A DNA stretch of 64,000 bases, taken from contig JAZRXM010000029.1 in the NCBI GenBank assembly GCA_045600205.1, forward strand, positions 58,911 through 122,910, given 5' to 3'. The notes under the pieces are model-generated. The model worked only from the letters and a program-made list of their open reading frames with translations. It was not told where the DNA came from and made no database searches. Each line of letters begins with the position of its first letter. The first letter of the stretch is position 1. A program made the translations under genes and the position numbers. This document shows positions 46,357 through 57,252 of this stretch, in pieces. The stretch comes from Oscillospiraceae bacterium. GTDB taxonomy: Bacteria; Bacillota; Clostridia; Oscillospirales; Ruminococcaceae.

Positions 46357-47262
46357 ATGAATGAAATCATACTGCGCACGCCCGCCAAGGTCAATCTTTC
46401 TCTGGATATCACGGGAAAACGTGCAGATGGCTATCACACTTTACGCTCGGTGTTTCAGGCAGTGGACTGCTACGACACGCTGAAAATCACGCACACAGAG
46501 GCAAATGCGCCACTTGCTCTGACCTGCTCAGAGGCGGGCATCCCCTGCGACGAACACAATCTGGTCTATCGGGCAGCGGTGATGCTGTTGGGGGAGCAGC
46601 CCTGCGGCATTTCGATGCATCTGGAAAAGCAGATTCCCTCGCAGGCAGGCATGGGCGGTGGCAGTTCTGACTGCGCGGCTGCATTGCTTGGTATCCGCAA
46701 ATTGCTGGATTTGGACGTATCTGATGCAAAGCTGCTGGAAATGGCAGCAAAACTCGGCGCAGATGTTCCGTTTTTTCTCTGCGGCGGAACGGCTGTTGCG
46801 GAAGGAATCGGGGAGCAGCTCACACCCCTTGCGGACGTACCGGAACGCACTCTGGTACTTGCCAAGGGCAATGAGGGCGTTTCTACACCCGAAGGCTATC
46901 GAAAGCTGGATTTGCTGGAAGATTCGCTGCCGATGTACACAGATGCGGTGCTGGAAAAGCTGTGCGATCCTCAGCCGCAAAGATTGTTTACGGTCTGTGG
47001 CAATGCGTTTGATGCAGTGACGAAGCTGCGGGAAATCAAGCGGATTCGTCTGGTGATGAGCAGCTGCGGTATCAATCCCGTGTTATCGGGGAGTGGTGCG
47101 GCGGTGTTTGGCGGATGCGAAATGCAGTCACAGGCGGAGCATTTGGCGAAGCTGCTTGCAGGAATGTCGTTTGTACGGATTTGCAAAACGGTGCCGCACG
47201 GCGTACAGATGCAGACGTCAGACGGCGCATGGGAAAATTTATCCGTTAAAATCAAGGAATAA
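46357..47262 (+). CDS. ispE: 4-(cytidine 5'-diphospho)-2-C-methyl-D-erythritol kinase
   Basis: LRTPAKVNLSLDITGKRADGYH and the GHMP motif IPSQAGMGGGSSDCAA. Confidence 0.93.
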   Translation: MNEIILRTPAKVNLSLDITGKRADGYHTLRSVFQAVDCYDTLKITHTEANAPLALTCSEAGIPCDEHNLVYRAAVMLLGEQPCGISMHLEKQIPSQAGMGGGSSDCAAALLGIRKLLDLDVSDAKLLEMAAKLGADVPFFLCGGTAVAEGIGEQLTPLADVPERTLVLAKGNEGVSTPEGYRKLDLLEDSLPMYTDAVLEKLCDPQPQRLFTVCGNAFDAVTKLREIKRIRLVMSSCGINPVLSGSGAAVFGGCEMQSQAEHLAKLLAGMSFVRICKTVPHGVQMQTSDGAWENLSVKIKE

Positions 47263-47284
47263 ACGGCGTTTCTTTCGATTTACA

Positions 47285-47330
47285 CAAAAAAACTCCCCGT
47301 TGTATTGCACAACGGGGAGTTTTCTTTTTT
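47285..47330. terminator. Bidirectional intrinsic terminator between ispE and groL
   Basis: A 12-bp stem ACTCCCCGTTGT / ACAACGGGGAGT with loop ATTGC, an A-run 5' of it and a T-run 3' of it. Confidence 0.8.
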
Positions 47331-47339
47331 ATTTGCGGA

Positions 47340-48980
<1,641 letters not shown>

Positions 48981-49009
48981 TTATTCAATGTCGGAAATCG
49001 AATGCCGAA

Positions 49010-49421
<412 letters not shown>

Positions 49422-49699
49422 GGCTTTTTTTGGAGTCTTGCCGCAATTCATAGGATTGCACAATACATGATTCAATCGGATTAAATTTCTGTACAATATA
49501 GAATTCTCGTGATGGTACGATGAACAAAGAAATTCAAACTTTTTTCATCATTTATTCACATTGCATTCATATTCTGAACGGCTTTTTATAGTATACTATA
49601 AGATGTATAAATCTATCAGAATACAATTCTGACAGCATTCTATTTGCAGACGTTTTACTCTGATATCATAAAACGAAAAACGGATTGGAGGAATTTCCT

Positions 49700-50401
49700 A
49701 TGGCAATGGATAAGGTTCTGATTGTAGACGATGACAAAAACATTTGCGACTTGCTGCGAGTGTACCTCGAAAAAGAGGGCTACACCACGATGATTTCTAA
49801 CGACGGTGAGGAAGCAGTGGTCAAATTCAACGCGCTGCATCCTGATGTCGTGCTGCTGGATGTTATGCTGCCCGGTATGGACGGCTGGCAGGTTTGCCGT
49901 GAGATCCGCAAGAAATCGAATGTTCCGATTATCATGATTACAGCAAAATCCGAAACCTTTGATAAGGTTTTGGGTCTTGGCCTTGGCGCGGATGACTATA
50001 TCGTCAAGCCGTTTGATACAAAAGAAGTCGTGGCGCGTATCCGTGCGGTCGCAAGACGTGTGGGGCAGGCTCCCGCGGAAACGGAAGTGCGCGAAGTCCA
50101 CTACGACAAGCTTTCCGTCAACATGATCCGCTATGAGCTGAAAGTGGACGGTAAGGTGCTGGAAACCCCGCCGAAGGAACTCGAATTGCTGTTCTGTCTG
50201 GCATCGAATCCGAACCGCGTGTATACCCGCGACCAGCTTCTGGATGAGGTGTGGGGCTTTGAATACTACGGTGACTCCCGTACCATCGACGTTCATATCA
50301 AGCGCCTGCGCGAAAAACTGGAAGGCGTTTCCGAGAAATGGTCGCTGCGCACGGTCTGGGGCGTCGGCTATAAGTTTGAAGTGGACGACACTGCTGAATA
50401 A
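49700..50401 (+). CDS. OmpR/PhoB-family response regulator
   Basis: VLIVDDDKNICDLL, VLLDVMLPGMDG, the KPF motif, and a winged-helix C-terminus RVYTRDQLLDEVWGFEYYGDSRTIDVHIKRLREKL. A GGAGG RBS is present. Confidence 0.93.
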   Translation: MAMDKVLIVDDDKNICDLLRVYLEKEGYTTMISNDGEEAVVKFNALHPDVVLLDVMLPGMDGWQVCREIRKKSNVPIIMITAKSETFDKVLGLGLGADDYIVKPFDTKEVVARIRAVARRVGQAPAETEVREVHYDKLSVNMIRYELKVDGKVLETPPKELELLFCLASNPNRVYTRDQLLDEVWGFEYYGDSRTIDVHIKRLREKLEGVSEKWSLRTVWGVGYKFEVDDTAE

Positions 50402-50406
50402 ATGCA

Positions 50407-51897
50407 ATGCTGAAAAGTGTATACAGCCGCATCTTCTATTTCTGCACAATCGTGTTGATTTTCTTTTGCGCCCTCTCCGGACTGATCGTCACGATTTTCG
50501 GAAACTGGAAGTATCGGAAAGAAACGGTCGAGGAATATAATCAGACGGCATTTGTGCTGCAGCGACGTATCAAGGACCTTTACTACAACAATGCGCCGAG
50601 ACTGCCGCTGGAAGCGATCGAGGTGGAGTTGCAGGATTATACCAGTGCCTACAACATTGACTGCTATCTGTTCAATGACGGCGAGGACAGTATTGTCCGC
50701 ACAGATTACAACTACACCAAAATCGTGCTCTCTGATTATATGCGCCGAACCGCGAAAAAAGAAGATTATTTCTGCGAATTCGGTACGAATTACGGCAATA
50801 TTCCTGATTCGAGTGCCTGCCATGTATCCTATTTTACGCTGGATGAGGATGAATATTACCTGATGCTGGTGATTCCGACTGTACAGCTTTCGGAATTTTC
50901 CGCGCAGATGATCGGTGTGCTGGTTGCAACGGTGCTGCTGCTGGCTTTGATCGCCGCACCACTGTTTTATCTGAATACCGCACAGCTTCTGAAACCGATC
51001 GTCAGCATCACGCATGCCGCAGAGGCGTATGCGAAGGGTGATTTTTCTACCAGATTGGAGCCGACAGGCGGTGATTCCGAACTGGACTATCTGGCGGAAA
51101 CCATGAACCGCATGGCGGATTTCATTGACAACAATGAGCAGAGCCGTAAGAATTTCGTATCCAATGTGTCCCATGAGCTGAAAACGCCGATGACCACCAT
51201 CGGCGGCTTTGTGGACGGCATTCTGGACGGTACCATTCCTCCTGAACAGGAAAAACAGTATTTGCGCACGGTTTCTTCTGAGGTGCAGCGAATGACCCGT
51301 ATGGTGCATTCGATGCTGAATATCTCGAAATTCGAGGAAGGAACGCTCAAACCAAGCTATGCAACTGTGGATATCACGCACCTGCTGATTAAAACACTGC
51401 TGCTGTTTGAGAAAAAGGTGGATGCCAAGCATCTGTCCGTGGAAGGTCTGGAGGATTGCCCGCGTGCCATCGTGGAGTGTGATACCGACCTGATGCAGCA
51501 GGTGTTTTATAATCTGACGGAAAATGCCATCAAATTCGTCAATGACGGCGGCACACTTTCCGTCAAGGTCAAGGCGGATGGCAAGCAGGCGCACGTACAT
51601 CTGCGCAACACGGGCGACGGCTTGACCGAAGATGAAATTTCACACGTATTTGAGCGGTTTTATAAGACGGACACCTCCCGCGGAAAAGATACCACGGGTG
51701 TTGGTCTGGGACTTTCCATCGTCAGCCGCATTGTGCGCCTGCACGGCGGAAACATCGCAGTCAAAAGTGTACCGAAGTCTTATACCGAATTTGTGGTCAA
51801 TATTCCGCGCACGCAGGCAATTCGCGCAGAGGAGGAACGCTACGCGGAGGAACAGAAAAAACGTGCGAAAAATGTGAAAAGCAGGAAATTCAGGTGA
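50407..51897 (+). CDS. Sensor histidine kinase (2 TM, HAMP, HisKA, HATPase_c)
   Basis: H-box FVSNVSHELKTPMTTIGGF, N-box NLTENAIKF, and G-boxes RNTGDGL and GVGLGLSIV. Confidence 0.92.
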   Translation: MLKSVYSRIFYFCTIVLIFFCALSGLIVTIFGNWKYRKETVEEYNQTAFVLQRRIKDLYYNNAPRLPLEAIEVELQDYTSAYNIDCYLFNDGEDSIVRTDYNYTKIVLSDYMRRTAKKEDYFCEFGTNYGNIPDSSACHVSYFTLDEDEYYLMLVIPTVQLSEFSAQMIGVLVATVLLLALIAAPLFYLNTAQLLKPIVSITHAAEAYAKGDFSTRLEPTGGDSELDYLAETMNRMADFIDNNEQSRKNFVSNVSHELKTPMTTIGGFVDGILDGTIPPEQEKQYLRTVSSEVQRMTRMVHSMLNISKFEEGTLKPSYATVDITHLLIKTLLLFEKKVDAKHLSVEGLEDCPRAIVECDTDLMQQVFYNLTENAIKFVNDGGTLSVKVKADGKQAHVHLRNTGDGLTEDEISHVFERFYKTDTSRGKDTTGVGLGLSIVSRIVRLHGGNIAVKSVPKSYTEFVVNIPRTQAIRAEEERYAEEQKKRAKNVKSRKFR

Positions 51898-53318
51898 ACC
51901 GATACCCGAAATGGAGATTCCGATTTATGTTTGATGAAACTGAAAACGAAACCGAAAAGCCCGCTGAGGATCTGACGTCTGCCGATGAGCAGTCTGCTGC
52001 GGAGGAAATATCGACAGAAGATGCACCTGAAATCGAAGCAGATGCGGAAAAATCCGATTTTGTTGATACTGAGGAACTGCTGTGCGAACCTGCGGTGGAA
52101 GTCAGGGAAGAACCGATTTCACTATCGGAAGCCCCTGCTGCGGTTGCTACGGAGAACCCACGCGAAAAATCCAATGTGGGCGGCGTCATCATGCTGATTC
52201 TGCTGTTTCTGACCATTGTGGGCTTTGCGGTGTTCTGCATTGTCTGGGATGTGCAGAAAGGCACGCCGTCAGGCGGATATCAGGCGGGCGATGTTGTTCA
52301 TGTCACGCTGACTCAAAACAAAAAGCCGGTCAGAGCCGAGGAAATGACTGACGAGAACGGCAGATATACGGTGGCAGGCATTGCAGAAACCGTCATGCCG
52401 AGCATTGTGGAAATTTACACCTATGCGGGCGGCGTCAAAAAAAGCTCTGGCTCCGGCATTATCCTGACCGCAGACGGCTATATCGTGACGAATGCGCATG
52501 TTGTTGCGGATGCAGACGTCTACGAGGTGACGGTTGGCGAAAACAAAAAATATAACGGCAAGCTGATCGGTCATGATTCCAAAACCGACATTGCCATTCT
52601 GAAAATTGATGCAACAGGGCTTCAGCCGGCATCGCTTGGCGATTCGGATGAAACACAGCTTGGTGAGGAAGTCTGCGCGTTGGGCAATCCGGCAGGTTTC
52701 ACCGCGTCCATTTCTTCGGGCGTGATTTCGGGTCTGAAGCGCTCGATTCAGGTGGAGCAGACGACCTATGCCATGGAATGTTTCCAGACCGACGCTGCCA
52801 TCAGCCCGGGCAATTCGGGCGGCGCGCTGGTCAATCGCTACGGCGATGTGATCGGCATTACCTCCTCGAAATACGGCTCGTCATTTCTGATGGGCAACGA
52901 TTTTGAGGGATTGGGTTTTGCAATTACCATTAATGCAGCCCTTCCGATCATCACGGAGCTGATGGAAAACGGCTATATCAGCGGCAGAGTGCGTATCGGC
53001 ATTCAATTCTATGATGCAGACGTCGTTGCGGATATGGACGAGATTGAGGTGCCTGCGGAATTGCAGGGCAAGGGCGTACTGGTCTGCGGCGTGGATGAGG
53101 ATTCCGATCTTGCAAAAACCACGTTTAAAATCGGCGACTGGATGCTTACCATGAACGGTCACGAAATTTCCGATTACGACACGGTAAAAGCGGCAATTGC
53201 AGGGCTGAAAGGCGGCGACCGCATTCATGTACGCTGTGCGACCGTAGATGATGACGGCAAGGTCACCTATTATGAGATTGATTTCTCATTGTTGGAGGAC
53301 AAGTCCGGAAATTATTGA
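51894..53318 (+). CDS. HtrA/DegP-family trypsin-like serine protease with a PDZ domain (acidic N-terminal region plus TM)
   Basis: The catalytic triad context is IVTNAHVV, SKTDIAILKI and GNSGGALVN, followed by a C-terminal PDZ domain. The GTG at 51894 overlaps the HK stop; an alternative ATG at 51927 follows GGAG. Confidence 0.9.
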   Translation: MNRYPKWRFRFMFDETENETEKPAEDLTSADEQSAAEEISTEDAPEIEADAEKSDFVDTEELLCEPAVEVREEPISLSEAPAAVATENPREKSNVGGVIMLILLFLTIVGFAVFCIVWDVQKGTPSGGYQAGDVVHVTLTQNKKPVRAEEMTDENGRYTVAGIAETVMPSIVEIYTYAGGVKKSSGSGIILTADGYIVTNAHVVADADVYEVTVGENKKYNGKLIGHDSKTDIAILKIDATGLQPASLGDSDETQLGEEVCALGNPAGFTASISSGVISGLKRSIQVEQTTYAMECFQTDAAISPGNSGGALVNRYGDVIGITSSKYGSSFLMGNDFEGLGFAITINAALPIITELMENGYISGRVRIGIQFYDADVVADMDEIEVPAELQGKGVLVCGVDEDSDLAKTTFKIGDWMLTMNGHEISDYDTVKAAIAGLKGGDRIHVRCATVDDDGKVTYYEIDFSLLEDKSGNY

Positions 53319-53453
53319 TCTATTGGGGATTGACGGATCATGGAAAAGAAAATTGCGGCGCATCATTTGAGAGCACATATTCAGGGCACAGAACCGGAAT
53401 CGTGGAATCTCGTATATGATGCAGCTATTGCAATGATTCAAGAATGATATAAA

Positions 53454-53501
53454 CTGAGGCTCTGCTTCTTGGTGGATGGGAAGCAGAGCCTCAGTTTTTT
53501 T
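53454..53501 (+). terminator. Strong intrinsic terminator ending the RR-HK-htrA unit
   Basis: A 15-bp stem CTGAGGCTCTGCTTC / GAAGCAGAGCCTCAG followed by TTTTTTT. Confidence 0.8.
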
Positions 53502-53687
53502 GTAAGATGAACGCTTTACAATTCTGTCATGGGATTCTCAAGGGTATATCATACCCTTGGGCGAGGTTTGGAGCGGCACTCCATTACGAATGCATTGCAG
53601 ATACCTTAATAGCAATTTTCTCCCTTTGTATGGGACGTATTTGGAATCTTGCACAAAATCCAGCCGCAAGATTATTCTAAAATCCAC

Positions 53688-53716
53688 TTGAAAAACTTGC
53701 GAAAATCCTGTATAAT
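53688..53716 (+). promoter_or_regulatory. Sigma-A promoter for the AraC-family gene (TTGAAA-17-TGtATAAT)
   Basis: TTGAAA at 53688-53693, a 17-nt spacer, and TATAAT at 53711-53716. Confidence 0.55.
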
Positions 53717-53768
53717 GGTAACCAAAGGACATTTCATGCAAATCGCAAGATGATAACAGGAGGTCAAT

Positions 53769-54638
53769 ATGCCCCAAATGAGTCTGATGAATGACAACAT
53801 TCCGAATCCTTTGGATACCCGAATCATGAAAACGCCGAGTGCAACCGCACGCCGTGCCTTTTTTTATATACAGGAGTGCGGTCACCTGAAAGCAGGCGGC
53901 AGTCAGCACACGGGACGTCAGAATTTGCAGTCCTTCCTGTTTACGGTCGTGCTGGCGGGAAAAGGCACATTGAATTATAACGGACAAAATTATCATCTGG
54001 AGGGCGGCGACTGCTTTTTCATTGATTGCCGCACACCGCATTCTTATCAGAGTGACGGCGCAGAACCATGGGAACTGAACTGGGTACATTTCAACGGCTG
54101 CACCACAGAGGAGTACTACAAGCTGTTTTCGGCACAGCTTCCGCCGGTATTCCATCCTGTTTCCACCACAAAGTTCGTGTCCGCGCTGCAAGAGCTGATG
54201 CGCCTGAATGCGGAGACCTATGCGGACACCGAGGTGCTGACCTCCGGAATGCTGGCAAATCTGCTGACCATGCTGTTGACTGTCAACAGCATCAGCGAGG
54301 AAACGGATACTGCCTTGCAGGCAAAACTGAAAACCGTGCTTGCTTATATTGACGCGAATTTCACCACAGAGGTTTCGCTGGATGACCTGTCCCGTCGTTT
54401 TTATATCAGCAAATACTACCTGACACGCGAATTCAAGCGTGCTTACGGCGAAACGATTTTCCAGCATATCATCGGTCTGCGCATCAATTATGCGAAGCGT
54501 CTGCTGCGGTTTACGGACAAGCCTGTGGAGGAAATCTCGGAACTGTGCGGTTTCAATGACCAGAGCTACTTCTCCAAGCAGTTCAAAAAGGCGGAGAATG
54601 TGACCTGTCTGGCATTTCGCAGGCGTTGGCGCGATTAA
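53769..54638 (+). CDS. AraC family transcriptional regulator (N-terminal cupin-like sensor, C-terminal HTH)
   Basis: The C-terminal region reads VSLDDLSRRFYISKYYLTREFKRAYGETIFQHIIGLRINYAKRLLRFTDKPVEEISELCGFNDQSYFSKQFKK. An AGGAGG RBS is present. Confidence 0.92.
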   Translation: MPQMSLMNDNIPNPLDTRIMKTPSATARRAFFYIQECGHLKAGGSQHTGRQNLQSFLFTVVLAGKGTLNYNGQNYHLEGGDCFFIDCRTPHSYQSDGAEPWELNWVHFNGCTTEEYYKLFSAQLPPVFHPVSTTKFVSALQELMRLNAETYADTEVLTSGMLANLLTMLLTVNSISEETDTALQAKLKTVLAYIDANFTTEVSLDDLSRRFYISKYYLTREFKRAYGETIFQHIIGLRINYAKRLLRFTDKPVEEISELCGFNDQSYFSKQFKKAENVTCLAFRRRWRD

Positions 54639-54837
54639 ATCGCGGTTTCCCCTCGCAGCCTTGCGCGGAGCGAAGCGAATGGCTGCCGCAGTGTGCATTT
54701 TTCGCGTATCTGTGAGGCGTTGCCGCATTGCAGGCTGATTTTCAATACCGTACCTGCGCCTGTCCTCGGACACGCAGAGCTGTCTGTTCTTGACAAGCGG
54801 GCACTTGTTGTGGAGTTGGCTTCGACTCCATACGGGG
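54639..54837 (+). pseudogene. dpaA: Dipicolinate synthase subunit A (SpoVFA/DpaA) internal fragment: 5'-truncated and cut at its 3' side by an insertion
   Basis: The frame of the 54693 ORF reads ...SLARSEANGCRSVHFSRICEALPHCRLIFNTVPAPVLGHAELSVLDKRALVVELASTPYG. This fits the DpaA pattern (..I.NT.P..vL......l.....i.DLAS.PGG) and continues in frame at 60029. Confidence 0.75.
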
Positions 54838-54850
54838 ATGGCTTCGGAGC
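54819..54850 (+). repeat. Left copy of a 32-bp imperfect direct repeat (attL-like)
   Basis: GCTTCGACTCCATACGGGGATGGCTTCGGAGC. It is 27/32 identical to 60020-60051, and the identical core CCATACGGGG is at 54828-54837. Confidence 0.8.
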
Positions 54851-54852
54851 AA

Positions 54853-55176
54853 TTAATTCATACGAGTCTGGGCGGCGGGGTAAAAATCCTCGCCGTCAAT
54901 TCGTCCATACTGCCATGCGTGTGCGGGCGACTGACGGAATGCGCAACCGCCTACAGGCAAATCGCACAAAAGATTCAGTGAGGGGTCAGCGGCGCACAAT
55001 TCAGCAATACTGACAACAACAGCATCCTCGTCGGTGTGGGTGCCGTCGCATAGAAATTCCCATGCATTATCTGAGAAATGGTGGCATACCATGGTAACGG
55101 GTGCTACACCGTCCAATACGTGCGAACACGTAAATACGAGCAAATCGGGTCGTTCTGAGAAGGGGTAATGAGCCAT
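54853..55176 (-). CDS. Small cytoplasmic protein, DUF2185-like
   Basis: MAHYPFSERPDLLVFTCSHVLDGVAPVTMVCHHFSDNAWEFLCDGTHTDEDAVVVSIAELCAADPSLNLLCDLPVGGCAFRQ. A GGAGG RBS lies 5 nt upstream of this ATG. A longer version from the ATG at 55224 (MEYDKNTYYY...) lacks an RBS. The family call is from memory. Confidence 0.6.
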   Translation of the reverse strand: MAHYPFSERPDLLVFTCSHVLDGVAPVTMVCHHFSDNAWEFLCDGTHTDEDAVVVSIAELCAADPSLNLLCDLPVGGCAFRQSPAHAWQYGRIDGEDFYPAAQTRMN

Positions 55177-55437
55177 AAGTTCCTCCGTTGTACTATAATA
55201 GTATGTGTTCTTATCATACTCCATTTCAGCGAAAATTGCAAGTATTTTTTTAAGAAAGCATAAATGTATGTGCAACATAAAATGTCGTATCGTAACTTCT
55301 TGTTACCGTTTTGTAATAAATTGGCGAAAAACTACCTAGAATTCGATTTCAAAATGCTGTACAAGTCAAAAATTGCGGATTTTTAAAAAAATAATCGGTT
55401 AAAACGCACAAGAATGATGACGAAACGATTTTTTGCA

Positions 55438-55466
55438 TTGACTTTTTTAGTTATATCGTGTATTAT
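55438..55466 (+). promoter_or_regulatory. Sigma-A promoter for the sugar ABC genes (TTGACT-17-TGtATTAT) giving a ~205-nt leader
   Basis: TTGACT at 55438-55443, a 17-nt spacer, and TATTAT at 55461-55466. Confidence 0.5.
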
Positions 55467-55678
55467 GTACATTGTGAAAACATAGATGACATGCACGGGC
55501 GGCAAGGAAGCCTGACACCGAACCGTCAAAGCTGTTGTTTATGCTTATCAGCGAATGCCTATATGGTGTTCGCGCTGCGAAATAAAAGCAGCGAAATTAC
55601 ACGCCGCATCAGACGGCAAAATTTCAAAGTTGCGAAACGCAGCAATTTTTCGCAACAAAATTAAGGAGGAAACTGATT

Positions 55679-57085
55679 ATGAACAAGCTTAAGAAGTCCC
55701 TTGCTCTGGTTGCAATGCTTGCAATCGCTTCTACCGCATTCGTTGGCTGTGGCCCGAAGGATAGCTCCGTCGGTGACAGCACCCCCGTTACCACCACTGC
55801 TCCTGCTGATGACAGCACTGCAGATTCCACCAGCACCACCGAGCCTGTTGCTGAGAACAAGTTTGCAGATACCGGTGACAAAATGACCATCTGCTGCTGG
55901 ACCGGTGATGACCTGAATGTTATGATCGACACCTTCGGCAGCGACAAGGTTGTTTACCAGAACGTTGGTAAAGACGGCGCTGGTGCAAAAGAGCAGTACA
56001 CCCAGTACTTCGCAGGCGGCGATGACGTTGACCTGTTCGTTCTGGAAGCTGACTGGATCCGTGACTACATCGACAACGATGAGTACTGCGCAGACCTCGC
56101 TGACCTCGGCTTCACCGCTGATGATTTCAAGGGCTGCTATGACTACACCGTTTCTGTCGGTACCAACACCGCTGGCAAGCTGAAGGCTGCTTCTTGGCAG
56201 GCTACTCCCGGTGCATACGTTTACAGAACTGACCTGGCTGAGTCCATCCTGGGCGTAAAGACCCGCGATGAGATGCAGGCTCTCTGCAAAGACTGGGAAA
56301 CCTTCGAGAAGACCGCTGAGACCGCTGCTGCTAAGGGCGTTGCTATGGCTGATACCCTCGGTGGTATGTGGCAGGTTTACCAGTACAACAAGTCTACTCC
56401 GTGGGTTGTTGACAACAAGCTGGTTGTTGAGGACTACTGCAAGGACTATGCAGACCTTGCAAAGCGTTGGTACGACAAGGGCTATGTTACCAAGGAAGCT
56501 CAGTGGGATGACGGCTGGTACGCAATCTCCGAGAAGGATAAGACCATGGGTTACTTCTTCTGCACTTGGTGCCTCGGCTCCGGTTCTATGCTCTCCAACG
56601 CTGAGGGCGGCGTAAACGAGGATGGCACTCCGAAGAACGAGAAGCTGTACGGCAAGTACAACATCTGCGAAGGTCCTTCTTCCTACGCTTGGGGCGGTTC
56701 CTGGCTGGCAGTCAGCCCGAAGTGCGACAACGGCACTCTGGCTCACGACTTCATCAAGTTCTTCACTGTTGATGAGGCTTCCATGGAGAAGTACGCTCTG
56801 AAGAAGTCTGAGTTCGTGAACAATCCTACCGTTATGAAGAAGATCGTTGACGATAAGTCCAACAAGAACCCGCTGCTGAACGGCGAGGATCAGTTTGCAG
56901 TTCTGCTTGATGCTGCTGACAAGATCGACCTCGATGGCAAGATCACCCGCTTCGATTCTCAGATCAAGAACAACTTCAATGACGCTGTTAACAAGTACTG
57001 CAAGGGCGACCTGAAGGACGTTGACGCTGTTATCAACGAGTTCAAGACCAAGTCTGCTGAGATCGAAGGCCTTGATGTTGAGTAA
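55679..57085 (+). CDS. Carbohydrate ABC transporter substrate-binding lipoprotein (CUT1, family 1 SBP)
   Basis: MNKLKKSLALVAMLAIASTAFVGCGPK (lipobox), a Thr/Asp/Ser linker and an SBP-sized body. An AAGGAGG RBS is present. Codon usage is strongly biased (GCT/GTT/AAG/TAC), consistent with high expression. Confidence 0.88.
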   Translation: MNKLKKSLALVAMLAIASTAFVGCGPKDSSVGDSTPVTTTAPADDSTADSTSTTEPVAENKFADTGDKMTICCWTGDDLNVMIDTFGSDKVVYQNVGKDGAGAKEQYTQYFAGGDDVDLFVLEADWIRDYIDNDEYCADLADLGFTADDFKGCYDYTVSVGTNTAGKLKAASWQATPGAYVYRTDLAESILGVKTRDEMQALCKDWETFEKTAETAAAKGVAMADTLGGMWQVYQYNKSTPWVVDNKLVVEDYCKDYADLAKRWYDKGYVTKEAQWDDGWYAISEKDKTMGYFFCTWCLGSGSMLSNAEGGVNEDGTPKNEKLYGKYNICEGPSSYAWGGSWLAVSPKCDNGTLAHDFIKFFTVDEASMEKYALKKSEFVNNPTVMKKIVDDKSNKNPLLNGEDQFAVLLDAADKIDLDGKITRFDSQIKNNFNDAVNKYCKGDLKDVDAVINEFKTKSAEIEGLDVE

Positions 57086-57170
57086 TTTTTACTCAATGTG
57101 AGATTGCAGATATTCAGACATTGCCACAAAGAATCAATTGAATAATGCCTGATAAGCAAACGGAATATGT

Positions 57171-57196
57171 GCCTATAGGGCTTCGGCCCTATAGGC
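57171..57196 (+). terminator. Stable hairpin between the SBP and permease genes (partial terminator or mRNA stabiliser)
   Basis: The stem GCCTATAGGGC / GCCCTATAGGC (11 bp) has a TTCG loop and is followed by GTATATTTTA. Confidence 0.5.
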
Positions 57197-57252
57197 GTAT
57201 ATTTTACTATGTCTGTCAATCTTTCTAATTTTGTTTTGAAAGGGTGTGCTGA

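Noticed and set aside
50368-51600. Long minus-strand ORFs opposite the histidine kinase gene. Similar ORFs occur at 53538-54773, 55661-56746 and 59441-60640.
   Set aside because: All are antisense shadows of well-supported plus-strand genes (HK, AraC, SBP, PD-(D/E)xK/dpaB) in GC-rich coding DNA. None has an RBS or recognisable motifs.
53340-53447. A 35-codon ORF (MEKKIAAHHLRAHIQGTEPESWNLVYDAAIAMIQE) between htrA and its terminator.
   Set aside because: It has only a weak GGGGA RBS-like element and no recognisable motif. I have no way to assess its conservation here, so I cannot support it as a gene.
54693-55013. A 106-aa plus-strand ORF taken as an independent gene.
   Set aside because: Its first 48 codons are the dpaA internal fragment. 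The rest is read-through into the insert, antisense to the DUF2185-like gene. I treat it as a pseudogene remnant, not a gene.
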